DNA of 31,456 nt, taken from positions 1 through 31,456 of the forward strand of contig NIVC01003100.1 of assembly GCA_002269645.1 (NCBI GenBank), in the 5' to 3' direction. Under the pieces are notes generated by a model, which saw nothing but the letters and a program-made list of their open reading frames with translations, did no database searches and had not been told where the DNA came from. Source of the DNA: Macrostomum lignano (Eukaryota). Made by a program: the position numbers and the translations under genes. Below, piece after piece: positions 20,353 to 31,456 of this stretch; positions within the stretch are counted from its first letter, which is position 1; each line of letters begins with the position of its first letter.

Positions 20353-23300
20353 TCAATCGGTGGCATCGCTCACGGCCGCCTCCACCAGTCGCACAATGCC
20401 GGCTGCCACCTCGCTGGCCTGTCGCGCGTGCTCGGCGCGGAACGCGTCGTAAGGCGTGGCGCCACCACGCGGATAGCGCGGGTCCCGGTGAAGTACAGCC
20501 AGCAGCTCGTGCACCAGCGGCTCCAGCTGGTCTCGCAGCTCCTCATCGCCAACCAGAAGCAGGTGGCTCATAAGGTTGTGACTCCGCTCAGCCGGTCGAT
20601 TCTCGGCAAGCACGACGGCTTTCATCGCCTTCTCGGCGGCCTGCCAGCTCTGGTAGCAGGCCCAGCAGGCTCGTTCAGCGCCCGCTCCAGTCGCAGTGGC
20701 CACGGCCGCCTCTGCGTCACCTTGGGCCGTCTGTAGATAGCGCTGCGCCTCACCCAGCGACGGAGGAATGCACCCAGGTCCGCCAAAACTGCCGCCACCG
20801 CCGCCACCCGTCCTGGCGCTGTTAAAGGCCCCGCAAAAGGCGCCACCCAAACCGCCACCGCCGCCACCGCCGCCGCCGCCGCCGCCACCGAAGCCAAAGT
20901 CGCCATTCATGCGACTTTCAGCTCGCGCCGATCGATACCTTCGAGCAGCCCTGGCAGCATTTCTGCTCATCATCTCCCAGTCGCCGTTAGAGAGACTGCC
21001 CCCTAGCTGCTCTTGAGCGAGACTCCGCACCCGCCGAATCGCTTCGGGATCCGGCTGCTCGGGATCCTCGTCGAAGCGGTTTGAATCGCAGGCGTCGAGA
21101 ATCCGTTGTGTGGCGGCTTTCCGTTCGAAGTTATCGGATAAGCGAGCCGCTTTGTGAATCTGCTGCTCCATCCTGAGTTCCCAGCCGCTATTGTTCTCAT
21201 GCAACTCCAATTCATTCTCGATCTTTGCAAAAGCTTGCAGCAGTGCCGCCGGCGCCCGCACTTTTCGGCCGCGCTGACGACCGCAGTCGACGGTGAACTC
21301 GAGGCTCCACTCGCCGGTGTCAGACTTGCCTTCATCGCTTTTGGGATCGACTGAGCCATGTGACTCGACGATTCGGGCGTAGATCAGCGACCCTCCGGCC
21401 TCGGGATCCGCAAACGCTACCAGGTCGTCTGGCTGCAGGTGCGTCAAGCCCAACGGCTCGAGTTTCAATGCGTCCATCGGACTTACCGGACTTCCCAGCT
21501 CAACTCCATGCCACATGTCCTTCAAGTCATCGCTCAGACCATAAAGGCGAATGTTTTCCTCTTGCAGCATCTGGCGAATATTTCTGAAATCTTCAAACAT
21601 TATCATGAACTGCAGCCTTGATGTTTGTTGTGAGGTGAGGCTGAAGCTTGGCTCCAACAGACCGTGCACAGCTCCCATCAGTTCCTTGAGCCAAAAGTTC
21701 CGATCATCGCCCTCTGGCGGGCGGTCGACATGGTTCATGTAGATCGCGCCGTCTTTAAGCAAAAACTTCCTTCGCCTCTTGGATGCGTCGATCTCAGTGC
21801 CATTCATAACCAGCACAGTAACCAATTTCTGCTTGCAAGCAATGCGAAAGTCTTCAAATATTCCATTGACCGATTTGAATGTGCTCTCAATTTTTGTTTC
21901 CGTCGAATCGGAAACGATAACGCTTGCGAGTCCGCTGCGAAAATCTGAGCTGCTAAGCTTCTTCGAAAATTCAGTGCACACCTGGCAACCAGCCTCGCCA
22001 GCGGAGCACTCAGGACACTCATCGGGCACCAGTTGTTCTTTAACGAGTTCCGACAGCCTTGGAACCACGAGATCTTTGTTCAGGTGGCGTTCGAGAGTTC
22101 GCTGCTGATCTGCGCTGATTCCGCAGAATTCCAGATCCAGGAACTGAATTCTGGACAGCGTTGCACCCCCCAAACGTTCGAAATAAGCCACTCTGTCATT
22201 GATCACCACCTGGCTAGCCTCGACCAACTTGTAGCTCTTGTTGGTCTGCTCCTCCGTACTGACTGAGGTGGGCAGGCACAGGCGAATGCCGGTTGGAAAT
22301 GCACCCTGCTGATGGAGAAGCGATAGCAACAGGCAAATGCATTTTTCTGTCGGTTCCAACAGGGCCACCGGCAATGAATCATCCTTGGCAGCGCTCTTGA
22401 TTAGCTGCAGCACCATCGCAGCCTGCTCAATGCTCGGCTGCCGTGTTACTCCGAGTTTTAGAAAAAGCTCGCTGTACTGCAAGAAGCCAGAAGGGCAGGC
22501 AAAGAGAAACGGTGGGATTTCATCCCTTTCGGTCAGAGTGACTTGGCTTGGCTGAGCAAATCTCGAACCGTTGTCGACGAGAATGCACGGTGAATCTCTT
22601 AGAGCATTCAGGTAGCGCTCCGAAGCTGCCTGATCGAGTGAACTCATGAATGAGTAAACTTTGTTCATCACCTTGCCTCTGACTTGCTTAAAACTGTCCG
22701 CCAGACCAGCCTTGCCGAACTGACGGGATCCGATCAGGTTCTTCAAATGCGAGAAAAACTTGTCCATCTGGGGCTTCTCCTGCAGGTACTTTCTGAAGCA
22801 ACCCAGTTCTTCGATGAAAGCGGGAGCCACAGGAAGCACTGTCCAACAGATGTACACGTTCTCCGGGATTACACAATTTTCAAGTGAAGAAAACTGTACA
22901 TAGCCCTTGTCGCACAGCTGTTGCAGCTCAGGCTTCACATCCGGCACAATGAATGATATTCTGGCAAGTTGAGACAGGAATGCTTCTGTGCGATGCTGCT
23001 CGAAGCTTTGGCTAGCTACAAACTTCAGTAGAGTCTCCGATTTGTTTCGAGCCAAGTCGAGTAGCAGATTGGCACTATCGTTAGCGAACCACAACACCAT
23101 ATCGGGTGAGCACTCAGTTACCAGTCCTGCCAGCTTCATCAGTGTGAGCATGTCATCTTGCTGAAATAGGCGTGGAAGGAACTTTTCGGACGGACAGAGT
23201 TCTCTAAAAATGTCCACACGATGGTCGAAAAAGTTGCTGGCTCTGCACCAGGACTGCTGAAACGGAACAATTCTAGCGTTTTTCAGCGAGTCCTCAAACG

Positions 23301-26300
23301 AGCGACTTTCACTAGGATTGCGACGGCGCAAGCTTTGAAAATCAAAAGCCAGAAACTCAAGTTTCCAAAGGTGAGCTTGTTTTGTATGGTCTGAGAAATT
23401 GTCGAACGCGGGTAGGATAAATTCAGCATAAGCTGCAAATTTGCTCACCTTCTCGCATCCCATTAGGCGATGTAATCTCTCCAGGTCAAAGTTTTTTCTT
23501 AAGAAGACGAACTGGGCTGCTCGGCTCCACAGGTGCATCTCCTCAAACACCAAGTCGGCCGGTAGAATTCTGGGGCTTAAGTTCTTCAGCGCAACGCACT
23601 CGCCACTGAGAGTTACAAAAATCGGTAAACGCTGCAGCTGACTGATCAAGTCTCTGCCGCCAATCACCTGCTCCATTTCGCCTGGATGTTGCTGAACAAA
23701 GCAGGCGAAGCTGTTTGCCATGTCAGCAGAAGGCAGATGGCGCGGTTTGTGAGGATTTTCGTTAAGTGCGTATTGGAGCACAGCAAGCATTGAGTTGGGC
23801 TCCTCCAATTTCCCTACTAGTTTGATCAATTTATTGTCATGGATTGTTAAAACTGGAGCCTTTAGCTGACAAAGAGCCTCTTCGATTTCCTTTTCCAAAT
23901 CTTGCGGTCTAAGTGTAGACTTGTGGTACACTGAAGCTGCATGCGATACTTTAAACAAGAAATCGCAGCTCAAAATGCGTTTCTCCCACTCAAAGCTGGC
24001 TGGCACAAGGGCTGCGTCGGACACAGGAGCTAGAACATCTTTGATTTCAGGTGGTTTCTGAGGATAACGCCTGCGGTTAACTTTATAATATTCCGCAGCA
24101 GCACTATCATACGTTTTGCGTACAATCTCGTACTCCTCTGAGAGAAATTTCCAGACGTCTCGAATCCAGTCTGCAAATTTCAAGCCCCTCAACTGAGTCT
24201 CAAATCTAGCTAGCGGAATGCACGGGACGTTTGGAGAGCCGCAGGCAGGCAAGAAGTTGCCAAGACAACGGCGGAACTCAGCAATGCTGAATTTGCGGTA
24301 CAGGCCGGATTTGTGAGCACTGGGACAGCGGTTGGGGCTTGAAAAATATCTGACGGGAAGCGAGGTTGAAGGTGGCGGTGGCGGGGGCTTAAAAACCTCT
24401 TGAATCTTTTTGTGGCAGAACTGCGAAAGCAAGTCGGTAGATTTGGCTGGTATCAGTCGCACGTATTCTGTGAGAAATGAAAGATTCTCCGTTCTGAAAA
24501 TTCGAAGCATTCCATCAGCATTAAGATTCAATGGTGTGCTGATTAGCGAGGCCATACGCCGAATCTCAGCAGAGTCCCTTTCAGAGTCTTTAGTGTCGGT
24601 TTGATCCTCAAGAGGCAGATTTGTGAGCAAGTAGTGCATCAAAGTCTCGACTCCCGGTACTCCGGCAAATGGAGTCAGCTCGACCTGAATTGGAAGAGAG
24701 TCGCGCAACGCCGAGCAGCGGACTCCCTTCAAGTAGTTGATTATATTGTCGGGATTCGCATTGGGTACATAGCTCAGCCCGCTGCTTTTCATGCAGTCAG
24801 TAAAACGACGCCCTCTGACGATGAGAGGCAGGCCCAGACGTTGCAAAACTTCCGACACATCTTCAGACAAATCCTCTTGCAGAAAGGCGGACTTCCCATC
24901 TACTGACTGAGGGCTTTGAGCAAGAGGGAGCCAGCTAATCATGCTCTGATTAGTCAGGTCAACGACTGAAAAGACTTCGCGCCGGTTTTTAAACACTTCT
25001 TTGTAGAATTCAATCGCCATTGTGTTCCAGTGGGACTTGCCGGGTTTCTCATCCTTTGCCTCTGGAAACAAACGGTAATAATGTTCAAAGGGTGATGAAT
25101 TACCATCACTTTCGATTGGATCTTCAAGAGGTAGACGCTGCGTCGCCGCCTCCAGAAGAGTTGCGTAGCACACAGGAAGAGCAGTGCTCACTAGCAGATT
25201 GTTCCATTCGGCAGAGGCATCGCTAGAATGAGCCTCCCACAGGCTGCGGCGAGACGGGTCAAGGGCAAAGTGGCCGTTGATGTGAACAGGCAGATCGGTC
25301 GTCAGGGGAAGCGGCAGCAGGTTGAACACGCGGTGTTCTCGGTGGAACTTTTTGCTCTGATCAAGTCGCGCTGCCACTCCTACCTTCGGAAGTGCCTTCC
25401 ACTCGCCATTGGAAACAGCATAGCCAAGCTTGCTCTGGTCTTTGCTGGGAATGACGCTCGCTGAGTCAGCTGGCAACCCGAGTTGCTGGGCTACAATCCA
25501 CTTACTGCTGGTGGAGTCAGGTTTTGTGAGAAGCTGTTATGGGTAGAGATCGTAGCCTCATACACTTCCTGCGTGCACGAATGCAAGAGCTTCGGGTCAA
25601 AATCTTTCTGAACCAGCTGCCTGCCGATTTTCTGACACTCGCCTCTGAATCGAATGCAGGCCGATGGGTCCGATATAGTCGAGCTTGTTTCAAAAACTTT
25701 GGTCAGCTTGCCATCAGTGCCCAGTTCAGAGAGTTGAATAGTCTTGACGCTGCTCAGAAACAGTAAGATTTCCGCCAAATCTTCAGCAAACTTTTTAAAT
25801 AGTTTGTAGATATCATCAGAATTCAAAGGTTTTGAAGCCGGGAAAATCTCAGACAGGCGCGCCGTTTCCAAAGTTCTGAGAGGCAGTCTAAAGACAGTGG
25901 AGCCGGTCGTGGTCTCATTGCTGATTTTGAATCCATCAAAAACGTCACGAAAATCGTCCCTCACTTCGTCAAGTCCTTTATCTTTGTACATTCCGCCTGG
26001 ACTTTCTGTGTTGGCATGCGGCATGTGCCTGCAGTGGGGGTCCATCACGCACAGGACCCGATTATCAGAGAGAAACATCGGCACATCCGTCACGTGATAG
26101 ACACAATTGAACCCTATGCCGTACTGCCCCGTTTTCCAGGGCTGGCTTCCTTTGGATCCGACACCAAGCTTCTGAATTCCTTCGATGTCTTCATCATTGA
26201 ACGTCGTGTCATTGACAACTACAAGCGCCGGTCCCTGTAGCGCCTTCCACTCGTCGCTCAGCACCTTCTCTGTTCCGAGATTGCGACGATCGTTGATGAA

Positions 26301-29127
26301 GTGCAGCCTAGTAGCACCGGCGTCGTCCGCGTTCTGAACGAGCTCCTTGAAGATCTCGATGCCCAGAGGATAGCCTTGAAGAATTCCTTTGAGTCGAGTA
26401 GTGAGCTCTTCTTTTTGGCCGAACGGCAGCGGCACGTGATGTTTTTTCAGAGTTTGAACTCTCTGATCAGGGATTCGCAACTTCTCACAAACGCCGTACG
26501 CCAAGTCTTTGTGAGCGAAGCGCAGCTTATCGACTTTGCTGAGCCACTTCACGCTGCCAAAACAAAGGTGCGAGCATCGGACTAGGAAGCCTTCATGATC
26601 TGGAGCGAAAATTTCAGATGGCTCGGGCAGCTCGCTAAGCTCACTCAGCCGCGTTAGCAGCTCAATGCAACTCTTTCTCTCACTATCCGTCAGAGCGGAT
26701 CCACTTTTGTTCTCGTGTATTTCTTCAAGCACTCTGCAGTAGGTGGTGCAGTCAAATTTTTCGAGAACGCCAATCGCTTTAAGAAACGGCAGACACTTTT
26801 CATGACTAAAATAGCCCCTCTAAGGTCAGACGGCAGCCGATACAGGTAAGGCGGACATTCTCTATCTTTCAAACTCAGAGACACCTGGTGTGGTTTTAAG
26901 TAGCCAGTATCCGAGTACACTATTGCTGGTGAGCCGAGACCCTCGAATTCAAGCTTTATCTCATCGGCCAGTTTAGGATTTTTGATTAGAAGCTTAGAGA
27001 AATGTTCATACACATCCAGGCAAACAGGACGACTATCGATGCTAAATGTTTGCGTCGCCCTACGCAGCTGTTCCCAAGCCATTTCGCGCGGCACTTCCTT
27101 TTGTACCCCAATGCTTTTATTCAATGCTTCTCGGGCTGAATAATTAGCATTTGAAAGTACACAGCTGTCCAGAACCAACTGACAGAGAGAACCCAATGTC
27201 TCATGCTTAGACTGGAATAGAACTTCCGGTGCGAACAGCTGAGTAACGGGGTAGTCATCCGAGCGCCAGTGCAGGCTGCAGTCGTCGGGCTTCCGCTTGG
27301 CTGGAAGAAATTCAACGCTGGCCAGCTCACGAAGGCGATCTTGATATTCAGATTGGTTTAGATCGAGATACTTCATCAGAGATCGCGCCCTCTTCAAAGC
27401 GTCCTCCAGGCGATTTCCTCGGCTCAGTGCTGACACGGTATTAGCTCGTTCAAGAACATGGTCAAATGGAATTTGAGACTGAAGTCCAAGAGAAATTAGG
27501 ACAGGTCGTAGACTGTAGTCCTCTTTGAAGTCTGTTCTAGGAAATACAGAGTCAGTTGGGAAATACAGAGCAGCTGCAGCGCAGTCCGGATCAGCAGATC
27601 GCTTACTCGGCAAAGCCGATTTGATTGGTCAGGCAGGAAGTGGCTAGATTTAAGCATGCTCCTGATGCCCTCCGACATGAGCCAAACTGTTGGGTCCTGT
27701 GGTGCTATGTCTTCCCTACTCAGATTTTTAAGCAAAAATTTAAGAAACTCGGAGCACAAATGTCGCTCATCATCAGACGAATCCCACAAACTGTTAAGTT
27801 GTTCCAGAAAATTGGCAACAAAGTCTTCACCGGACCAGAGTCTGTGTCCAAGCAGATTGAGGCGCACTGCAGCGGCTTGAACGCTGGACGCTAAGCCTTC
27901 AGCCAGGCCGGAGCCGGCCGGAACCAGTGATCGGGACAGACGGTGCACAACATTGGCAGCTTCAAAGCCCAATGCGGTGGCACCCAGCGCCGATTCGTCG
28001 AGAAAAACAACTCGAGCCAGAGGCCGCCAGCCAACCGAGGTGTAAAAGATGCTTGGAGCGCGATCACTTTCGGTGAAGACAGTCCTGTAGAAACCTCAAT
28101 CAGAGGATGCCAGACACCATTGTTGGCCTCTAGCAGCGGCCAGATCGAAGGTGCGCCCGTGATGTTTTCGGCAGTGAGTCGCTCGAGCGCAGACACCAGC
28201 GCGGTGCAGGCGGCTTCGCGCAGCAGGGCGGCGTTCCAGCGACCTGGGTGCCAGCGGCCCTCGGCTTCGTCCATGGTGGCCTCCTCCAGGTAGCGTCGGC
28301 TGGACGTGACTGCGAAGGCGGCATTTACGTGGAACAGCAGCGGCGACTCGATGGGCAGCGGCAGAAAGCAGAAGGCGCCGCCGCGATTCACCGGCTCAAT
28401 CGCGATGCCGCCAGCCGACAGGCGAACGGCGACACTGGCGACGGGGAGGCTGAGTCCCTCGCGTTGACGCGACATTTCAGCGACTCGCCCGAGCCCAGAG
28501 CTACGCTCACCAGCCAGTTGTCCGAGGCGGTTATAGCGACGTTCGTGTCGATGCCAACCCGCTTCGCTTCCGTCTCGTTTATCTGCACGTCGATGTGCAG
28601 CTTCAGCTGCCCAGCGAAACTTCCATCGACAGCGCCGCCGTTGTCACCCGCCAGATATTCGGCCGCAGCGGCCAGTACACGCGTCTGGGAGCGCAGATCC
28701 GCTGATTCGCTTGTGCCCGGCAACGGCCGAAGCACTTAATTAGGCTGCGACTCACTTTGAGCAGCGTGTCGGTCTGCAGCGAGCCGTCCAAGCCATCGCG
28801 CAGATGCAGCAGCCGGAAGCTGGACACGGACTGGGTGAACAGCAGCAAGTGGCGGGCTTGCTGAGCCGTCTTGTCAAGCAGGTCGCGCATCTCCTGCTCG
28901 CTGTAGGCCCTCTGGCAGATCTGCGACTCGCCGGCCTGCTCCTGAGTCCGCAGCGGCAGTCGAATGAGCGTGCCGGGGTAGGGCTCGGCTCCGAGGTCCG
29001 GGCCGCAGCCCATGACGCCGGTGTAGGGCGCGAACTGATGCGGATACTTGGCGAGCATGCGGCGCCCGGCCTCCTTGGAGAAGTTCAGCCTGAGGCCGGT
29101 GTCGCACTTGCGGTATTTGCGGTAGAT
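20353..29127 (-). CDS. SACS: Sacsin-like gene copy 2, giant exon 3 through the stop codon (six apparent -1 frameshifts)
   Basis: Acceptor cgtcag|ATC at 29128/29127. ORFs 28603-29058, 28388-28735, 27891-28475, 27496-27972, 26690-27613, 25491-26732 and 20353-25476 join collinearly with copy 1. Breaks at ~28731, ~28478, ~28093, ~27592, ~26816, ~25522. The last 5.1 kb is open and ends in J-like, Gly-rich and HEPN segments. Confidence 0.93.
20356..20751 (-). other. C-terminal HEPN domain of copy 2
   Basis: EAQRYLQTAQGDAEAA...WACYQSWQAAEKAMKAV...RSHNL...RYP. Confidence 0.85.
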
Positions 29128-29659
29128 CTGACGAAGTAAGGGTCAATAGAAAATGTAGCATTCATTTATTTAACAATGGGAGACCATTAAAGTAATAACT
29201 ATTACAACCTTATATCAAACAACAAAAATTGGTCGGAAGGTTAAGCCACGCTTTGGACGCCTTTGAAGGACAGTAGAGGTTCAAGATTAGAGTGAACCAA
29301 AGGACATGAGGAAATACTCTAGCCAGTTAAGTACATTTTGGGGGATCAAATACTGTAGCCAGAGGGGTCAAATACCGTAGCCAGGGGGGTCAAAAACCCT
29401 AGCCGGTGAAACACATTTCGGGGGGTCAACTCCCCTAGCCAGTCGAGCACATTGGGACGGTCAAAATTCCTTTAGCCTCCAGTGAAGCACATTGAGGTGA
29501 AAGCTTCCATTGAAAAGCCGGGACTGACTTAAAAGCTCGATGGCGAAAATACAGGTAAAAATGCCCTTACAGGACACCTTTAGTACAGTACCTTTGAAGT
29601 GCACTTCACTGGGAAGGCGCTGGCAGAGCCGCTCAGAACCCCCTACCGAAGCTACTCAC
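29128..29659 (-). other. Copy 2 intron 2 (532 bp, GT-AG) with expanded 23-35-bp degenerate repeats
   Basis: GTGAGT...cgtcag; repeats at about 29340-29490. Confidence 0.88.
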
Positions 29660-29890
29660 CTCCTCCAGGAATCCGCGGCCCCGCTTCTCGCCGTGCGGGT
29701 CAAGCAGCTGCAGCTGGCAGCCGCTGAGGACGGCCGGCACGTCCGTCAGGTTGTAGACGGCGTTGAATCCGAGGCCGAATTTGCCCACCTTCGCCGCCTG
29801 CGCCTCCTTGGTGGCGCCGCCAAGGCTCAGCAGGTTCTTAAAGTCGTCGTCAGTAAACTGCGCGTCGTTGTGCGCCCAGAGGCAGGGGCC
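29660..29890 (-). CDS. SACS: Sacsin-like copy 2, exon 2 (77 aa)
   Basis: Same splice sites and peptide as copy 1 exon 2; donor GAG|GTGAGT. Confidence 0.92.
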
Positions 29891-30029
29891 CTGAGAGGCA
29901 GGTAGGGCGAGGGAGCGAAACATCCAGCAGTCAGCTTTGTCGGAATTTATTTACCTGAGATGTTTCTCACATTTGGTGAGCTGGGACTAAACAATTTTTT
30001 TTGGGATTACGCGAGGCCAAAGGGATTTT

Positions 30030-31260
30030 GTAAATTATGAACTGGTTTGTGCGGCCAGCACTAACCGGCGTTTGTGTACACCGCCAACCCCCTCCGGGCT
30101 TGCGCCCACCCCCTCCCTTGGGAGGGTTTTTATGCCTGCGGGCTAGCTGAGTTGGTGTTTCGCTGCGCGCTTGAAATGTTTTTGGACTGCTGAGTCATGT
30201 CACACAGCCCTATGACTGTAAAGGAGCTGCGCACCGCCTTGCGTGCAAGAGGCCTGCATACTGCTGGAAACAAACACACCTTGCAAGAGAGACTCCGACA
30301 GGCGGAGGCACGAGACTCAGCAGGAGCCCAATCAGCATCGATCTCTGGACTCATCGACAATCGTGACAGCAGCGATCATCCAAGGAGGCAGGAGCTCAGC
30401 GAGATGTCTTCGGACGACAGAGGGCGACATCCGGCGACAGGAGGCGGCAGGAGAGACCTACGGGACTGGCGACCTGGGCCGGGAGCTGCTGGAGGCGGAG
30501 AAGCAGCTTCGCCTGCTGACGATTCGCCGGGATCAAGCGCGCATGGAGGCTGAGATCCGGCAGCTGGGCGGCAGGGTTGATGAGCCGCCGCAACGACCAC
30601 CGAATGTCGCGGTACCCGGTGCGCTACTCATCCCTTGAGGACTTTGTTTTTTGGACCCAAAACTGGAGGGCCAAATGAAGTGCAGCAGCCAGGACAGCAG
30701 CATCCGAGCACGTATCAGCACTTCATCAGCACTCGGAAGCGGCTGTCGCTGAACAAATCGAGCAAGGCAGGGAAACAGTTCACTCTGGACAGTCTGTCTG
30801 TTGGTGACTGAATTACCCGGAATGTGAATGCGCTGATGTAGATGCTGAAGACGGCAGGCTTCTGGTCCTCAGAGACGGCGCCATCGACATGTCTGAGTTG
30901 CTCGAGTACCTGAAGCACACAGCCAAGATCGGCGACCTCCTTGACCTCGCAGTAGGCGGGTGCCGGCACCTGGGACAGCTCGGTGACCGACCTCGGATTG
31001 GTAGCGGTGCACCTGATGGGCACCGAGTCTGCAGCGGCAGGCTGGTGCTGCGGCAAGGCCAGCGAACGGTCTGCTTTGACTACAACAGACTGTCGGCTGC
31101 CATCGCGATCCGTGCGCCGGTTCACGCACTGTTGTCTGCGCTGCGTCCAGGCGCACTCGGAGGCCACCTTCCACGGATCGGAGGGTGGCCCTGACGTGTT
31201 GGGGGGTTGTCGCTGACTATTGACTGGCTAGATATTAAACTGACTCACTTGTTGCCCTGC
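30030..31260 (+). mobile_element. Decayed gag-like ORF with N-terminal SAP domain and C-terminal Cys/His finger (DIRS/Ngaro-like remnant) in intron 1 of copy 2
   Basis: Similarity to copy 1 intron ends at ~30028. MTVKELRTALRARGLHTAGNKHTLQERL (SAP) from 30212, a coiled-coil, LDSLSVGD*ITRNVNALM*, ELLEYLKHTAKIGDL, and CFDYN..GCHRDPC.RFTHCCLRCVQAH (31072-31156, two frameshifts). No RT or recombinase visible; ends approximate. Confidence 0.55.
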
Positions 31261-31456
31261 TTACCATGCCTAGCGTCCACCCCACTCATGCGTACATCAT
31301 GCGCATGCGCACATAACGCTACTTTCAAATCTAACTTTTATCAATAACTCAAATATCGTTTTATACCACTACGTATTTAAATAACTGAATCTAGCTTTTC
31401 TTCGTTGTAATATTTACTCAGCAAATATATCAGTTCGCTGCATTATTGTTCAAATT

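Noticed and set aside
1-31456. Prokaryotic or phage defence island
   Set aside because: GT-AG introns, SINEs, LINE remnants and minisatellites show a eukaryotic locus.

Overview
Eukaryotic (non-vertebrate animal) genomic DNA. Macrostomum-like flatworm is a guess from codon and repeat style only. The window is dominated by two tandem minus-strand copies of a sacsin-like gene about 22.1 kb apart. Copy 1 has exons 10514-10272, 7689-7459 and 7016-<1 and runs off the left edge. Copy 2 has exons 29890-29660 and 29127-20353; its first exon is not in the window. The reconstructed protein is about 3,080 aa with only two Hsp90-like (HATPase) sacsin repeats, no visible N-terminal UBL, a J-like segment lacking HPD, a Gly-rich linker and a C-terminal HEPN domain. 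Both copies are split by single-base deletions (5 and 6, none shared, no in-frame stops seen), which look like long-read consensus errors. The copies alternate near-identical blocks with sharp patches of amino-acid change. Intron 1 of copy 1 holds a 15x46-bp minisatellite, a foldback element interrupted by a tRNA/CORE-type SINE, and a 25x20-bp array. The intergenic spacer holds a MITE, an orphan exon, a LINE 3' fragment, two convergent fibrinogen-domain (FReD) remnants, tandem and inverted repeats and a second SINE fragment. Intron 1 of copy 2 holds a decayed SAP-domain gag-like ORF (DIRS/Ngaro-like). No CRISPR array, rRNA or true tRNA was found.
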